This document shows positions 14,246 through 62,179 of a stretch of 64,000 nucleotides of DNA, in pieces. Each line of letters begins with the position of its first letter. Within the stretch, counting starts at the first letter, position 1. Where the stretch lies: NCBI GenBank assembly GCA_038087875.1, contig CM075980.1, positions 930,001 through 994,000 on the forward strand. Reading direction: 5' to 3'. A program made the position numbers and the translations under genes. The notes under the pieces are model-generated. The model had not been told where the DNA came from, ran no database searches, and was given only the letters and a program-made list of their open reading frames with translations. The stretch is from Malacoraja senta. Taxonomy: Eukaryota.

Positions 14246-15697
14246 CAATTCATCAAGGAAGCGGAAGCCCTATTTTTGGAGGCAAACTATTTCTGGAATT
14301 CTCTGCTCAATACAATTAATTGTGTGCTTCAACCATTGAGTAGTTTCAAAATGGAGATCATTACATTTTTGGATATTAGGGATATGGCGCTGAATTGAAA
14401 GATTATTTATGATCTTATTAGATGGCGGAACAGGACCAAAGAGCAAAATGACCTCCCCTGGCTTTATTTATTTTATGATTAAAAGCTTTGTTAAATAGGT
14501 GGATTCATAAATAGTGCCATAATGAGAAAGAGGGACATAAGGAGAGAATGGTTTAGCAAGGAAATAGTAGATTATGGCACAGATATTGGCAGTGGTGCTG
14601 TAAATCATTTGGACGTTTAAAACTGATTGGCGGCGAACTGTGCAGTTGGAGGCACTGTGGCAAAGTTCTGGCATCTGCCTGATATACTTTAGTTGCTAAG
14701 TCCTTATCTCAGTCAGAGGTTGTTTACAGAAATTGCTTTTCATCGCAATAGAATTAGTTATTTTTCATTTATAGGTGAACTCATAGTGGGAAGATTGACA
14801 GTAAAAGGCCACTTAGTTAGAAGGGGTTATGTACCTGTGGAACAAAGAAATGTAACAGTAATTTAAAAATGAGGGGAACAAATTTAAAATGAATCTGAGC
14901 TTTGTTGCAATTTCCCTTAATACTTGAAGTTGAACTTCTGTTTCAAAGATGTTTTTCATTACACTTGCCTTTGTGTACTTAAAATAGTCTGATTTAGAGA
15001 ACCTTAAGCCAGCTGGAATGTGATTATTTTTTTTTGAGTGAGGAGATTAAGCCCAGGGACATAAATTCTGGCCTTTCTTCTTGTTGGCTCCTCTTGTAGA
15101 ATATTACTGTAGAAGTGCGGCCGGCAAAGCTGGCTTAATGCATGCATTCATTGAGATAAAGGGAATAGCATCAAAGCAATTAAACTAAACAGATTTTCAT
15201 TAAGTAAATTGCAGCAAGGCTGTGCTGTGTGAAGCTAGACAACAATTAGTGTTAATATCCATGCTACTTTGCCACCCTCGTATTCATTTGATTGTAATTT
15301 GTGCAAATGGATTATGCCTGGACGGCAGGGCTGGCAGATTGGCCCCTTTGGCGGTTTAAATAGGTAGATTTTAATAAATTGTGGGAAATGCTATTACTTT
15401 TGTGATAAACCCCTACATTTAATTAATCCTTAAATATTAACAGGCATGAATGAGGATTTTGATCAGTACACAGTGGGAAAAGACTGAACTTTTCAGAGCT
15501 CAACTGCAACATAATCATTTTTTGCTAGAATGTGTGCCTGGTGAACTCTGGAATCGACGGGCATTTAACAATAATTAGGAGTGAGATATTAAAGCTGACT
15601 CTATTCCTTAGAGGTGGAATCAGCTGATGATGATTAAGCATGGAAATGTACTGCACAAATACTTCAAAATCGGTTTTGGTTTATTCCAATTTCCTAG

Positions 15698-49836
<34,139 letters not shown>

Positions 49837-51877
49837 TTCTTAAATGTGGGGGAACTGTCCTGTGTATGAGATCCTTTAATTCAAACAATGCACTGCAACA
49901 AGAGATAGCTGTAAATTTATAGAATTGAAGCACAGTTGGGAGGGTTAAAAAGTCTGAACTTTGATACCAGAAGATTGCTTATAATTGGAATTAATATATT
50001 ATCAATTATAGATCTCTAGATTTCTTTGTGCAGAGAATTCTGAAATCATGTTTGTACATTTTTCCAATATTTGAAATCTAATTTGTATGGATTTGTAATT
50101 TTATTGTTTCATTTTTATTTGTTTGCTTTAAGTTTTAGTGTTCAGTTTCCAGCCGTTATGGCCTCAAACTATTTTAATAATACCCAGGGTTGCTATGGTA
50201 TAATTTGTCAAGATACCTATTTACATTGAATCCACTGTGAGGTTCCATATTGAGGCCAAAAAATGACTTTCCTTTCTTTGGTTCCCAGAAATGTCTGTGT
50301 ACTCTGAGAAATGTACAAATCTGAATTTGTTTTGCCTTATTAACAATTACAAGATATGCAGAAGAGGTCCATGTGGTTCCTGTACAAATGTAAATACTCT
50401 GTTGATACTCAGAACATGCTAATTAAATTCTTTACTTAGGTAGCCTTTATAAAGGGTTTCTGAAACCAGAAAAGCTCACTGGATATTTATATCACAAAAT
50501 TATTCCTATAAGTGTCACGTGGAAGTGTGCTTAACGTTCAGTTTCAGAAAAGCATATTCAATTCAACTATGCAAGAACCGCAGGCAGGTCTTTCACAAAG
50601 GCTGCACATCCAAACTAACGCCGACACATGGTGAGGGAACACTCCCGTCGGCAATGGTTGGGAGCAGGGGAGGGGCAAAATACCACTCCATTAAGAGACA
50701 CAAAACTGCATTTGCGAAAGAGAAGGTGGGGGGGGGGGGGGGGTGGAGGTGGAGAAGAAAATTATTGGACCAATAAGGCACCCAGTTCAGAGAGAGACTT
50801 CATTTCTCAATCCACAACACAGACAATAATGACAGACCTTGTATTGGGCAGAAATTCTTAGTGACTGGCAAGGACATTCAGTGTGGGCCTTGTGTAATTG
50901 TGCAGTGTTTTTATGGAATCTGTATACAAGACAAAGTAGTATTTTAGGAATCAAAAATCTCACAGTACCATTTCTGATAAAATACTGTTAGCAAATGAAG
51001 TCCTTAAACAGATGGTTCTTGCAGCGTGGTTCTGGCTGAACTACGCTGCATGGCTCTTTATTTCTTGGTCATATGTAAATTTTGCCATGTTTTACTTGCT
51101 GGACAAAAAAAGCAGCATCTGTGTTTATATATCTGGGCTTTTACTTGTAGTTCATACATCAGCTGCCATTTCCTCCTTTCTGCTCTGTACTTTGGTTTCT
51201 GTATTTTAAACAGACTTGATTCCTGTAGATCAATGAGAAAAATACAGCATTGATTTTGGACAAAATGGTTGTTTGTTTGTTGTGTCAGAAATCATACTTC
51301 ACTGAACTAAAGAGTACCGCGTGAGAGCCATGCAAAATTGTTTGATGTTTCCCGCAGTGAACCTATCTGCCTTTAACAAACATATGGCTGACAGTTCCAA
51401 CACAGGTGCTTCAGGGGGAAGAAAATCTCATCAATAATGTTGGTTCTTGTTTCGCAGAATATTGTTTATATGAAATATGTAAGCATTGTGTTTGGAGACC
51501 ATCTTCCCATTTCACATACTGTGAAACATTGTAAATCTCACAGTAGTTCTTTCAATGCAATCTTTGACATTTCCATTATCATTCTACACCACTATCTTGT
51601 AAATTTGTGACAAATGCCACATACACACACATTCTTTATCACAGACATTCATTTTTATGCTTAACTACCAAGGTATATCCTTGCTCCACTCTGTTCCAAC
51701 AAGCACATATTTGTTTCCTCCAGTTGTAGAGTCATGAATAAGGTTTGTTGTCATCTCAGGAATAGACACTTTCCTGTGCGGAGAGAGCTGAGATATATCA
51801 TCCACAGAGGTTGTGAGATGGTACCCAAATGGTACTGGTGGATGCTCAATAGACAAATAAATCCAAGGACAAATAAA
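49837..51877 (+). other. Probable FBRSL1 3' UTR (end uncertain)
   Basis: Repeat-poor AU-rich sequence after the stop; Pumilio-type TGTAAATA at 50389-50396; AATAAA at 51856 and 51872, ATTAAA at 50422. Confidence 0.5.
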
Positions 51878-53564
51878 ATCAATGAGTTTATGGAATGCAA
51901 GTAAAATGAAGGATCAGAATTTGTTCTGGAATGTGGAATCAGCATGATTTTGTTGAATGATAGAAAGGCTCTTCCTCCTGCTCCTCATTGATGAATGTTT
52001 CATTCATGTGTAAATGGGACAGCCTGCCCAAACTCACGGTAACATAGTTCCTCACTGCTTGTTCATTTTTGGAAAATAAATTCTGCTGCTTGTATCATGC
52101 GAAGAAAAACAAGGGAGGATGAAAGTGGCCAGAGCATCTACGTTAGAGAGGAAAAGATCTGCCGCATTTTTCACTCTTGATAACGTGAATTTCTGGTCAA
52201 AGTCCACGTTTGGGCAAAAGAAGGCAGTATCTGGCTTTGCCTGTGATGCCCAACCATTCAGGTAACAACAGTGCTCGTTGTACAGCCAAACTGTGGACCC
52301 CACCCCCACCCCCCTTACAATACAGGTTTGGCCTGTTTTCAGGTACCAGTATTTCCGCCAATTGTTGGATCAAGTTGATTTCTAAATGTCACATAATCCA
52401 TTAAAATTTTACATTAGCAAGGGGGGAAAAAGATATTTTAAGCAATAATTTAGTTATTTTTATATACTAGGTCACCCTTGTAATTAGAGATACTATTATC
52501 ACCAATGCTCTAACAATCCTGCCAGCCTGGGTGTAATGTCTGAACATCTTGCAAGGAAATGCACTCATCCAAAGGAAGGGGAGAGGGAGATCAGTTGGAT
52601 CTCTAGAGGTTTGGGGTGGTATGTATACTTTGTATTAAATGACTAAAATAGCAGATCATGCAATTAGTTTTGTCAGGGATTCAATAGGTTTTACCCAGAA
52701 ACATGAACCTAAAAGACAAATTTTAAATTATTAATAAACTGAGTTACAAGGTACACATTTTAACATGATAGGTTATTACATCATAAAATTATTTGGAAAT
52801 GCTGTTGAGACAGATTCGCTGTAATTTAGCAGAGCTGTTTAAGTGCATGAAAGAGGAATGAGAAAAGAAAAATGTAATTCTAGTAAACGGCTCCAGTTGA
52901 AGCTGTGCTGTTGCACAATGAGCCAAATGACATCCTCTTTCTCTTGCAAGGTTATAAATTACAATGCCAATGCAATTGTGAGTGATGAAATCAAGCTAAA
53001 TTTGATTCATCATCTTCCCTAAATTCACTCCGTGCAGTGGGGAAATGGTGGTTGTTTGCCGTTTCCTGTATGGATTGCACAGAAGTGAATAAATTAAGTG
53101 CATCTTAGAATTTTACAGAATTGCGAAACTTAACTGTTTCTGAGAATGTCTTTCTGTTTATGAGATTTTCACAATATTTAAATGCAAAAGATTAGAGAAA
53201 CTAAATGTTAGTTTTCCCAAAATCACTATGTTCATAGTCTAACAGAAGAATCCTGTTTTCAATAAGTTGCTGTTGACATGTTCAGTTTAAGGCTCGACAC
53301 CATTGCAGTGCACCATTCCACTCCTCTGCTGTCTTTGCATCCAACATCCTGTAGGGTTTCAGACAGAGCGCAGGGTGAGCCTCAGAAGAGGCCCCACCTC
53401 ATGGACCTCTGGACAACCTGACACCAATTGCTGACAAAAGGCTTTTTCTTGTTTCCAAATGATCAGATATTTAGAAACCATTGGGAAAAAAAATTACGCT
53501 TTAATGTATTAATATTTATTCAAACCCATTACTTCCTCTGTTTATAAGAATAATAAATAGAAAC

Positions 53565-53830
53565 AAGAGTAAACAGAACAATACAGCACAGGCCCTTCAG
53601 CCCATGGTGTCTGTGCCGAATATTATGCCAAGGTCCATTCTTACCTGCCTGCACATACGTGATCCATCCTCCATTCCCTGCATATCCGTGTACCTATCCA
53701 AAAGTTTCTTAAATCCCATGATTGTATCTGCCTCCACCACCACCTAGTAGCTCGTTCCAGGCACCCACGACTCATATGTTTAAAAAAAAACCTTGCCCTG
53801 CACATCTCCTTTAAACTTTGGCCCTGCTCT
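53565..53830 (-). mobile_element. CR1 3' tail fragment
   Basis: CAGCACAGGCCCTTCAGCCCA...GCCTCCACCACC...TTCCAGGCACCCAC. Confidence 0.7.
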
Positions 53831-56474
53831 ATTTAGTGAGGTCCCAACAGGTCACTTATGTACCACATACCTGCTCTGACCATTTAATCATTTGTTTCCT
53901 GAATACATTATAAGCCTTTTGAGCTTTAAACATCTTCAGCAGCTGAGCTGCCACCGCTGTCCCATGTAGAGAATTTTATATTTCACCACCCTTTGGGTAA
54001 AGGAATTTAAAAAAAAAATCTGATTTCTGAAAGAGAAACTTGTATGTCACTGAATCGTGATGCTGGATCCGGACACCTCAGCCAGGGAAATAACAACCCT
54101 GCATCTACCTTTCAGGCCTTATTTTTTTGAATGCTTCAATAAAATCACTGTTTTCAAATGCAAGAGTACAGGACAAGTCTGCTAATCTCCTCATATGACA
54201 AATCTGACATCTCAGAAATGCGTTGCATGAACTTTCATTGTGCTCCCTCTCTTGCAAGTATATATCTCTTACACGTAGGGACAGCACATCTGTTCAGGGA
54301 CAACTAAGGATGGGCAACAGATACTGGACCTGTCACCGATGCCAAATCATGAAAAAAATAATATAAATTAATCTATCAGATGCGGTATTGTACGGCCACA
54401 GTAATAATTAAAGCAAGGTATCTCTGCTTTTGTATTTAAATCCCCTTGCAAAAAGACCCATGTCTTTCACCATTTAAAAAATATTCCACTTTTCTATATT
54501 TTCTACTGATATGGATAACTTCAGATTTTTCTATATTATATTCCATGGGACCTTGCCTTAACCTTTCTATATGCCACTGAATCATCTCTCTTTCTCACAG
54601 TCTACAGAACCACCTAGCTTTTTATCATCAGCAAACTGGATATGTTGGACTCGCTCCATTATTCCAAATCATTGATATGAATTGTGAACAACCATGGAAA
54701 GCAGTGGTAGCTCCACATCCATAATCTCCCAATCAATAAACAACATGTCCGTTCCTGATACTCTCTATCCATTAACCAATCTCAACGCATACATTGCTCC
54801 CAGTAACATATGTTCCAGTTTTGTTTAATAATTGTTTGTGACACTTTAACCAAGGACTCCAACTCCATCACATCAACTTGCTCACCTTCATCTATTTTAC
54901 AATTTCAATAAATTCCAATAGATATGTCAAAATAATTTTGTCCTTGTTCATGTTGATTCTGCCCAATCCCTTCACTATTTTCAAAATGAAGATCAATAGA
55001 ATTGCAGATGCTGGAATTCTGTAATTAAAATATATAATGATGGAAACAGCAAGTTGGGCAGCATCTGGGGTGAGAAACAGCACAAAGGTTTTAGGTCGAA
55101 GGCTCTTTGTCAGGTTATTTTGCAAGTGCCTTATGACTTCCATAATTAGATTCCAGCATCTTTGATAACAGGCAAATTGGTCTACAGTTCCCTACTTTTC
55201 CTCCATCTCTCCTTAAATTGTTAAATTACTTTGTTCCCTTGCAATCTATAGGAGCCATTCCAGAATACAAAGAATTTTGGAAGAAGGCAAACACTGCCTT
55301 CACCATCTCCACAAATGCCTCCTGCTAAATCCGAGAATGTAGGTTGTAAGTTATTTTGTTCATTATTTCTGGAAGATTTTCTGTGCCTTCATTATATTTC
55401 ATTTTGCGTGTCAGGTACAGGGTCCATAAGGGATGCACATTAATTAATCTTTTCCTTATGCATATATGTAGTGGATCTTAAACTTATGAGGTACTTTCCT
55501 TATCAATATCTTGATTTTTCTCTACAGGATTCCTAAGTGTTTCCAATCCTTAGGCTTTACTACACTTCTCATGTTGGAAGCCTTTACCTTCGATCTGATA
55601 CCATCTCCAACATCTCTTGTTAGTCAAGGACAGACTATTTTTCCTTACTTTGTTATTTTCCCTAAATAGATGGATTTACCTGCAAATCCATGCATTTTTT
55701 AAAGTTGGCCAATTCTGGTTTCATGTCATTAAACTTAATTTAGTTTCTGAGCCTCCCATTGTACCCATCACCTAATGCTTTGGAAGTTTGGTTTGTTGAT
55801 ATTTAAGACCTTAGTTTCAGTTTGAACTAAACCATTTCAATCTTTATATTATCTATGATAATATGATCACACTCGTAAAGCTGCCAGATGATTTTATTTA
55901 CCCTTTCTCCTTGCATAATATTAGATCTAAAATAGCCCATCCTATCAACATATAGATTTTTTTTTTAAACAGACCTTATACACTCCAGGAATTAATTTCC
56001 CACTTTATTACTATTTATTTGGTCTGACCTTTCTGTATATGCATTAACTCCATGATTAATATATTACTCTTATCACATGCACCTCTAAATTCCTGATTTA
56101 CACATGCCGTACTTTCCCAATACTAATAGGAACCTATCTACAACTCTCTAGAATGTTTATTTGCCACTTTTTCTTAGCTACACACACACATTGATTCTAC
56201 AGCTAAAGTCCTTCCTCTCTACTGCCTTTAACCCATCCTTTCATAGCAGTGCAACCCCACCTCTTCTTTCATATCACCTCTTCCAAAAGTTAAGCAACCT
56301 TTCATATTTAGTTTTCAACCGTGGCACTTTGGAGCCCGATCTCTGCGTTATCCATCGGATGGATGCATCTATTTGTGCAATTCAAGACCAAGCGAGTCAC
56401 AATGTTGAACTGCAATATGCACTGGGAGCGGAACAATGAAATTCTTACTTGGTGCAGCTTTACAGGAACATAAC

Positions 56475-56800
56475 TGGTTTATTGTTACATGTACCAAGGT
56501 ACAGTTGAAAGTTTTTTTTTGCATGTTCCATTAAATCTGATCATGCTATACACAAGTACAACAGGTAGAGCAAAGAGAAAAATATCAGAATGCAGAACAT
56601 AGTTTGACAGCAGTGACAGAGAAGTCCAGCGCCCACAATGAGGTAGGTTGGAAGATCGGAACTGCACCCTAACCTATGTGAGGACTGTTCAGTGGTCTGA
56701 TCAGAGGGGAAGAAGCTACTCCCAGATCTGGTGGTACGTTCTTTCAAGCTTCTATATTATCTGCTTGACGGGAGAGGGAAGAAGAGAGAAATGACTGTTA
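56475..56800 (-). mobile_element. Rex1-like LINE 3' fragment (related pieces at about 11150-11215, 13485-13730 and 40800-40865)
   Basis: TTTATTGTTACATGTACCAAGGTACAG tail and GAAGCTACTCCCAGATCTGGTGGTACG. Confidence 0.6.
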
Positions 56801-57342
56801 AGGAAAGAGTAAGAACGGAGACCTCATTCAACAATGGGCTGTGCAACAACGATGGTCACAGTTAGGCTGAGGGGGATAGAAGTGAAGGATATGCTCATAG
56901 CTCAAAATACTCCTTAAAAAAATTGATAGCATGTTGAGGAAGAGAGTGAGAGATCAGATACATCTGATAGTGTTGGCCATGCAGTCCAAATTTCTGCACT
57001 CCAATGTACAGACATGCGAGTTCAGATTGCACTAATGTACAAACTAGAGCTGGTAGGAAATTTCCAAAAACCATCAACACACCGTGGGCACAATCAGCCC
57101 AAAATGTCAGCTTTCCTTTAATGAATCAAATATTATATTCAAATGATTACATGTATCTGAAGGCCTTAAATAATTCTGCTATAAAGTATAAAACTCTGCA
57201 AGATGGAAATAAAAAATCTCACTGGAGGAACAAGAAAAGGTTCTGCAATGTTTTGTATTTATGATCTGAAGTTTATGTTCTCTTGTTGCTGAATAATCAA
57301 TAAAAACTATCCAACCAAACTCTTAAGTATTCTGTTGTAATT

Positions 57343-57715
57343 AGACTGAAAAGGGTGCAAAAGAAAGATTTCAGGATGTTACCAGGTCTGGAAGGTTTAA
57401 ATTATAGGGAGATACTAAATAGGCTAGGGCTTTTTCCCCCTGAAGCAGAGGAGGTTGAGGTGTATAGTGGTATATAAAATCATGAGGTGCATCACCACAG
57501 ACTTTACCACGGGGTGCGGGAGTCTAGAAGGCATAGTTTTAAGGTGAGATTAGAAAAAAATTAAAGGGTTCGAAGGGGCAGCTTTTTCACATAGAGGATG
57601 GTGTGCATATGGAATGAGCTGGCAGAAGAAGTGGTGGAGGTGTGAACGACGTGACATTTAAAACGTAGGAAAGGTTTGGAGGGATACGGGCCAGGCTTGG
57701 ACAAATGGGACTAGT
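57343..57715 (+). mobile_element. CR1 LINE 3' fragment
   Basis: Similar to 36930-37330 of the longer CR1 copy. Confidence 0.75.
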
Positions 57716-58259
57716 TTTCCTCAAAGATCCTTGGTGTTCCTTGCCCTGCACAGCAAGAGCTCATGAATCTCCCCATTCTGTCTGGAATTAATAACTTTTA
57801 AACTGCTGACAAAAAAAAATTGAAAGCCAGAAGACACTTCAGATGCTGGACTTGGGAACAAAGATGGGAAACTGCAAGAAGCAACATGAGAGGGCAAGCC
57901 TCCTGTTTCCAACATTTTTTGACACACTCTTCCCATTACCTTTCTGTTCAGTTTTACTTTTTAAATAACCTTTCCAATAATGTATGGCAGGTTACCGACC
58001 AGCCAAGACTTTCCTAAAGATCCATTTCTATTCAGCTCGGAGCCATTTTAAATTTATTTCCAGCTGACTGGTTCAACAGGATGAGCACAACCTTTAAGAA
58101 AAGTAATGGCATTTTTTCAAACATTTGTGTTCTCAATTATTCAATATGTTTCTAATATGTTTTTCTTCCTCATATTCCCTTTCTGCTTCACCCTTCTTCC
58201 ACAAACCCGTCGATCCCGCGTGGCTTTCCTCTCTTTACCTTCCACACAACCACAATGAC

Positions 58260-58590
58260 GTCACTCCTAGAGAATATTTCCCACAGGCACATTTTCCATT
58301 CTGACCCTTCCACCTATACTCCTCCTGACTCCACCTATCTCGCTATCTCTTCTATCCTTATCTCACACTTTATCTTTTCATCTCTGGCCTTTGTCCAACC
58401 ATCTGCCAATCAAAAATCCTCCTGGCCTGCACCCACATATCAGACTTTGTCCAGTCCCTCCCTCTCTTCCAGCTCTCAACCCCACAATCAGTCTGAAAGA
58501 GGGTCGCAACCCAAAATTATGTCCTACCTATCCACATTCTCCAGAGATGCTGCCTGACCCTCTGAGTTATTCCAGCACTTTATGTATCTC
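58260..58590 (+). mobile_element. Penelope-like 3' region with terminal repeat
   Basis: Pyrimidine-rich tract followed by CAGTCTGAAAGAGGGTCGCAACCCAAAA...GATGCTGCCTGACCC. Confidence 0.65.
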
Positions 58591-58604
58591 CCCCACTCCC
58601 CTAT

Positions 58605-58822
58605 TGAATCTTTCACCTCACCTTAAATCTATGTCCTCTTGTACTTGATTCCCCAACCCTGGGTAAAAGAGTCTGTACATCCACCCTCTCTATTCCCCTC
58701 ATGATTTTATACCACTCAGTTTCCTGCGCTCCAAGGAATAAAGTCCTAGTCTGCACAACCTCTCCCTACAGCTCAGGCCTTCTTGTCTTGGCAACATCCT
58801 CATAAATCTTCTATGCATCTTT
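58605..58822 (-). mobile_element. CR1 LINE fragment
   Basis: Minus peptide RRFMRMLPRQEGLSCRERLCRLGLYSLERRKL. Confidence 0.75.
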
Positions 58823-59008
58823 GTGTAAGAAGGAACTGCAGATGCTGGTTTAAACCAAAGATAGACTCTCTCCACATCACTGTCTATATCTCTCGTTTCC
58901 CTTATGCCTAACCAGTCTGAAGAAGGGTCTCGGCCCACAACATCACCCATTCCTTCTTTCCAGAGCTGCTGCCTGTCCCACTGAGTTACTCCAGCTTTTT
59001 GTGTCTAC
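58823..59008 (+). mobile_element. Penelope-like insertion with an inverted 5' piece and a 15-bp flanking duplication
   Basis: CTTCTATGCATCTTT at 58808-58822 and 59009-59023; 58823-58866 is inverted relative to the remainder. Confidence 0.8.
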
Positions 59009-62000
59009 CTTCTATGCATCTTTATATGACTCAGTATTGAGTTCAATAATTTTGGATTCAGCATTTTCAACAACTATCTGCATTCACAACTGTTTAATTC
59101 CAACCTGCATTACAGCAATTTCTGTTACTAATTTGACCTTCCACTTTCACATCCTCTGTACTTTTCTTTGTCTTTCAACTTGTCCAGTTCTCATCCTGCA
59201 TTGCCATCGTCTCTCCAGCCTTCTATTCAATCTCTTCTTTTTATCCTTGCCATTTCCCACTTCCTCGCAAACACAGAGTTTGCTTCATATGCAACTTTCA
59301 CCAGGTCCTGGATCCTGAGCCAGTCCCTGATCAGCTTCCCTCTCCTTAACTCTACTTGACTGCACGGTATTGCCAGCATTTCCTATTTTCATTCAGCATC
59401 AGTAATATTTTTGCTTTCGTGTTTGCATTAGTACTTCCAGATTAACACTGACATATTCAGCTGTAGAGTAAAACTCTGGCTCGAACGGGCTTAGCTATTT
59501 TATATCAAGGTCACATTTAGTTCTAAATTACGTTGCCAATTACTGCAGGATTATAGAACCTTACAGCAGAGAAAGACATCTTTGTACAAGGTTTGAAAAG
59601 GTTTGCCAGTTCGTCTCTACTCCAGTCCCTGCCTTGTCAGTTTGCAAATCTTCATGTCTACATCTATTTCCTCTCATGTCCCCAATCATCCCTTTGCCTT
59701 TTTTTTGCCAATTATTTTGCCTTTGCTGTTGCTGTGAGATTCTTCCTGTTAGGGATAAGACTGAGACTGAGCGAACCACTATCCCACCATCATACCACTT
59801 TGTTTCATCACATCAGTCTCAAACAGAATTGAAAGACACCAAAGGCAGAGGCTGACTATGTCCCAGAGCCAGAATTAGTTCCTCCATGGACAACAATGTC
59901 ATTGAACAGGGTAAACAGAGCTATCCACAATGTGGACATCAGATTTTGAGAGTCTGCAAACTGATTGTTTGGTATTGATCGCAGTGCGTTAAGAATCATT
60001 TCATGCATGAACTGCACAGTCTTCCACACACCCATGGGCCCCACTAGAAATACATTTCAGATAAAATCTAAATTACAATCTTTTGTCAGTGATTTGTACT
60101 CAGCTGTACAAAGAACTCGTGTCGAGCAGGTAAACGTGATATTAACAATGAAAGGGCGCCAATGATCACAATTACTGCTCTATCGCGGGGTATTGATGAC
60201 ATGGTTCTCCTGCTGAGAATACCTCATCGTAAAATTAAATATTTTTGAGCACTGCAATGACGTGAATATTGTTATCTGATACTGTGCCAAGCTTCAATAT
60301 TGACATGGGCTTTTTATTATCTGAGTTGTAAACAGAATCTGCTCAACTGTTAGGAAAATATTCAACTCCTGGCTGGTTGGAGGGCAGGTTATTGTAGACG
60401 CATTGGACATGGCAGGACCTGCCCTGGCAACTCACGCACTGATGACCAGGCGCTGAGGTACAGCCACAACCACATTTCTTTGTGCCGTGTATAACTTGCC
60501 ACAGAGTGTTTCCCCTCGATTCCCACTGACCATAAACTAAACAACGGTCTTTGAAGTTAAGGCAGTGACTTCTCAGCTTTCCTCTCATGTCCACGTTTGA
60601 AGCGAGGTGTCCCGTGTGCAACCGCACCAGACAACACTGTCCGTGACCCTTCCCATTTCTTCATTGATGGTCAGGCACAGAAAACAGCCACGAGTAGGCC
60701 ATTCAGCCCTTCCAGTCTGCCGTCCTATTCAATACGAACGAGCAAAGCCTATCCTCTCTCTCCAAACTATATTCCTGTTCTTCCCCATAAATAATTATTT
60801 CCATAAATATGTTGATTCACCATCTTCTGACTGAAGCTATTTCTCCTCGCCCCAGTTCTAAATACTTAGCCATATATTCTGAGCCAGTCTCCTGCTTCTA
60901 GATACCCTCCATCTCTTGCTACAGAGAACATCCTACCTATATCCAACTGTCAGAACTTTCTGTTTCAATAACATCCACACTCATTCTTCACTCCAGAGAA
61001 CACCAACCTGATCGCTCCAAACTCTCTGCACATGATACTTGCTCCGAGACCAGTATGAGACATGCTGTCTGACCCGCTGAGTTACTCCAGCTTTTTACAT
61101 CTTTTCTGAGGTAAGGATACTCGGCTTCAATTGTGCCCTCGGATTAAGGCATTGGAGCTGAAATGAGGGGAATGGCTAAGATGAGAGTGTGTCATAATCC
61201 ACTGGCAACTGGGACATCGAGAGTGAAGGTAGAATTGTACACGAGCAGTAGTTTTGCTCGGGTTGTCAACAGCTGAACGACACGGTGAATCAGAGACTTG
61301 ACTTCAATACTTTTGCAGTGTAAAGATTACTGGCAGAAATACAATCTCAACACATCCCTGGGGACGGACAGTTCTTCAAGCACGTCACCTATGCCACTTT
61401 AATCTTGCAGCTAATTCTGCAACGTGTGAGACTTGCCAGGCGAGGAGCAGTGGCTCTGGTCAAAGCAAGACATTACACTTTATTACCAGCGATACCAGTG
61501 AAGCCTTTTCACTTTATATTGGACCGTGAAATACAGCCGACAATGCCATATGTGACAACCAATGTACTTGCCAAATTATTGCAACAGCACAGAGATTCAT
61601 CCTGAATAATGCATGGCTGAAAGGAAAGCAGGAGATGCAGTGAAATATTAGCAGCTGAGGGAGATTGATTGTGTAGACAAATGCCCAACAACTAATATAA
61701 ACCAGCAGAAGGTTGAACATTTCTGACAGTGGAACAGACTCAAACTGTTTTCAACACATTCTAATGTGCCTGTTCATTGTTGTTCTGTGCTGTGAGGAAC
61801 TATTTTTTAATTTGTTCTTGCTAAATCTTTCCATTTGGCCAGTCAGTGGGTTACGTGCTTCGTCTGCAGTGTTTCACGGTGGAGATGGTTGCTTTCTGAG
61901 GGAGGTGGTCGGGGGAAGGTTCATCTGTCAGTCCCAACAGCCTAACGGAGAGGCTGGAAGTCCCGACCTCGCCCTGGCCCAGGAGAGTGATCAAACACGT

Positions 62001-62179
62001 CCCCAGGATGCCGCACATCCTGTGCCCGCACCATTGTCCCGGGGGGTCTGGCTCCCACTCTGGGCACTTCCTCTCTATGTGAGGGCAGTGCCCTGTGCCC
62101 TTTGCCAGGTGATGTTGAGCACACCCAGCTTCACCTTGCCACAATCTCCCAACTATCACCTTGACCAACTTGCCTTCTG

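Noticed and set aside
1-15697. Upstream FBRSL1 coding exons (e.g. an SEKLF-type exon) and the short ORFs here
   Set aside because: No matching peptide found; the ORFs lack recognisable homology or fall in repeats
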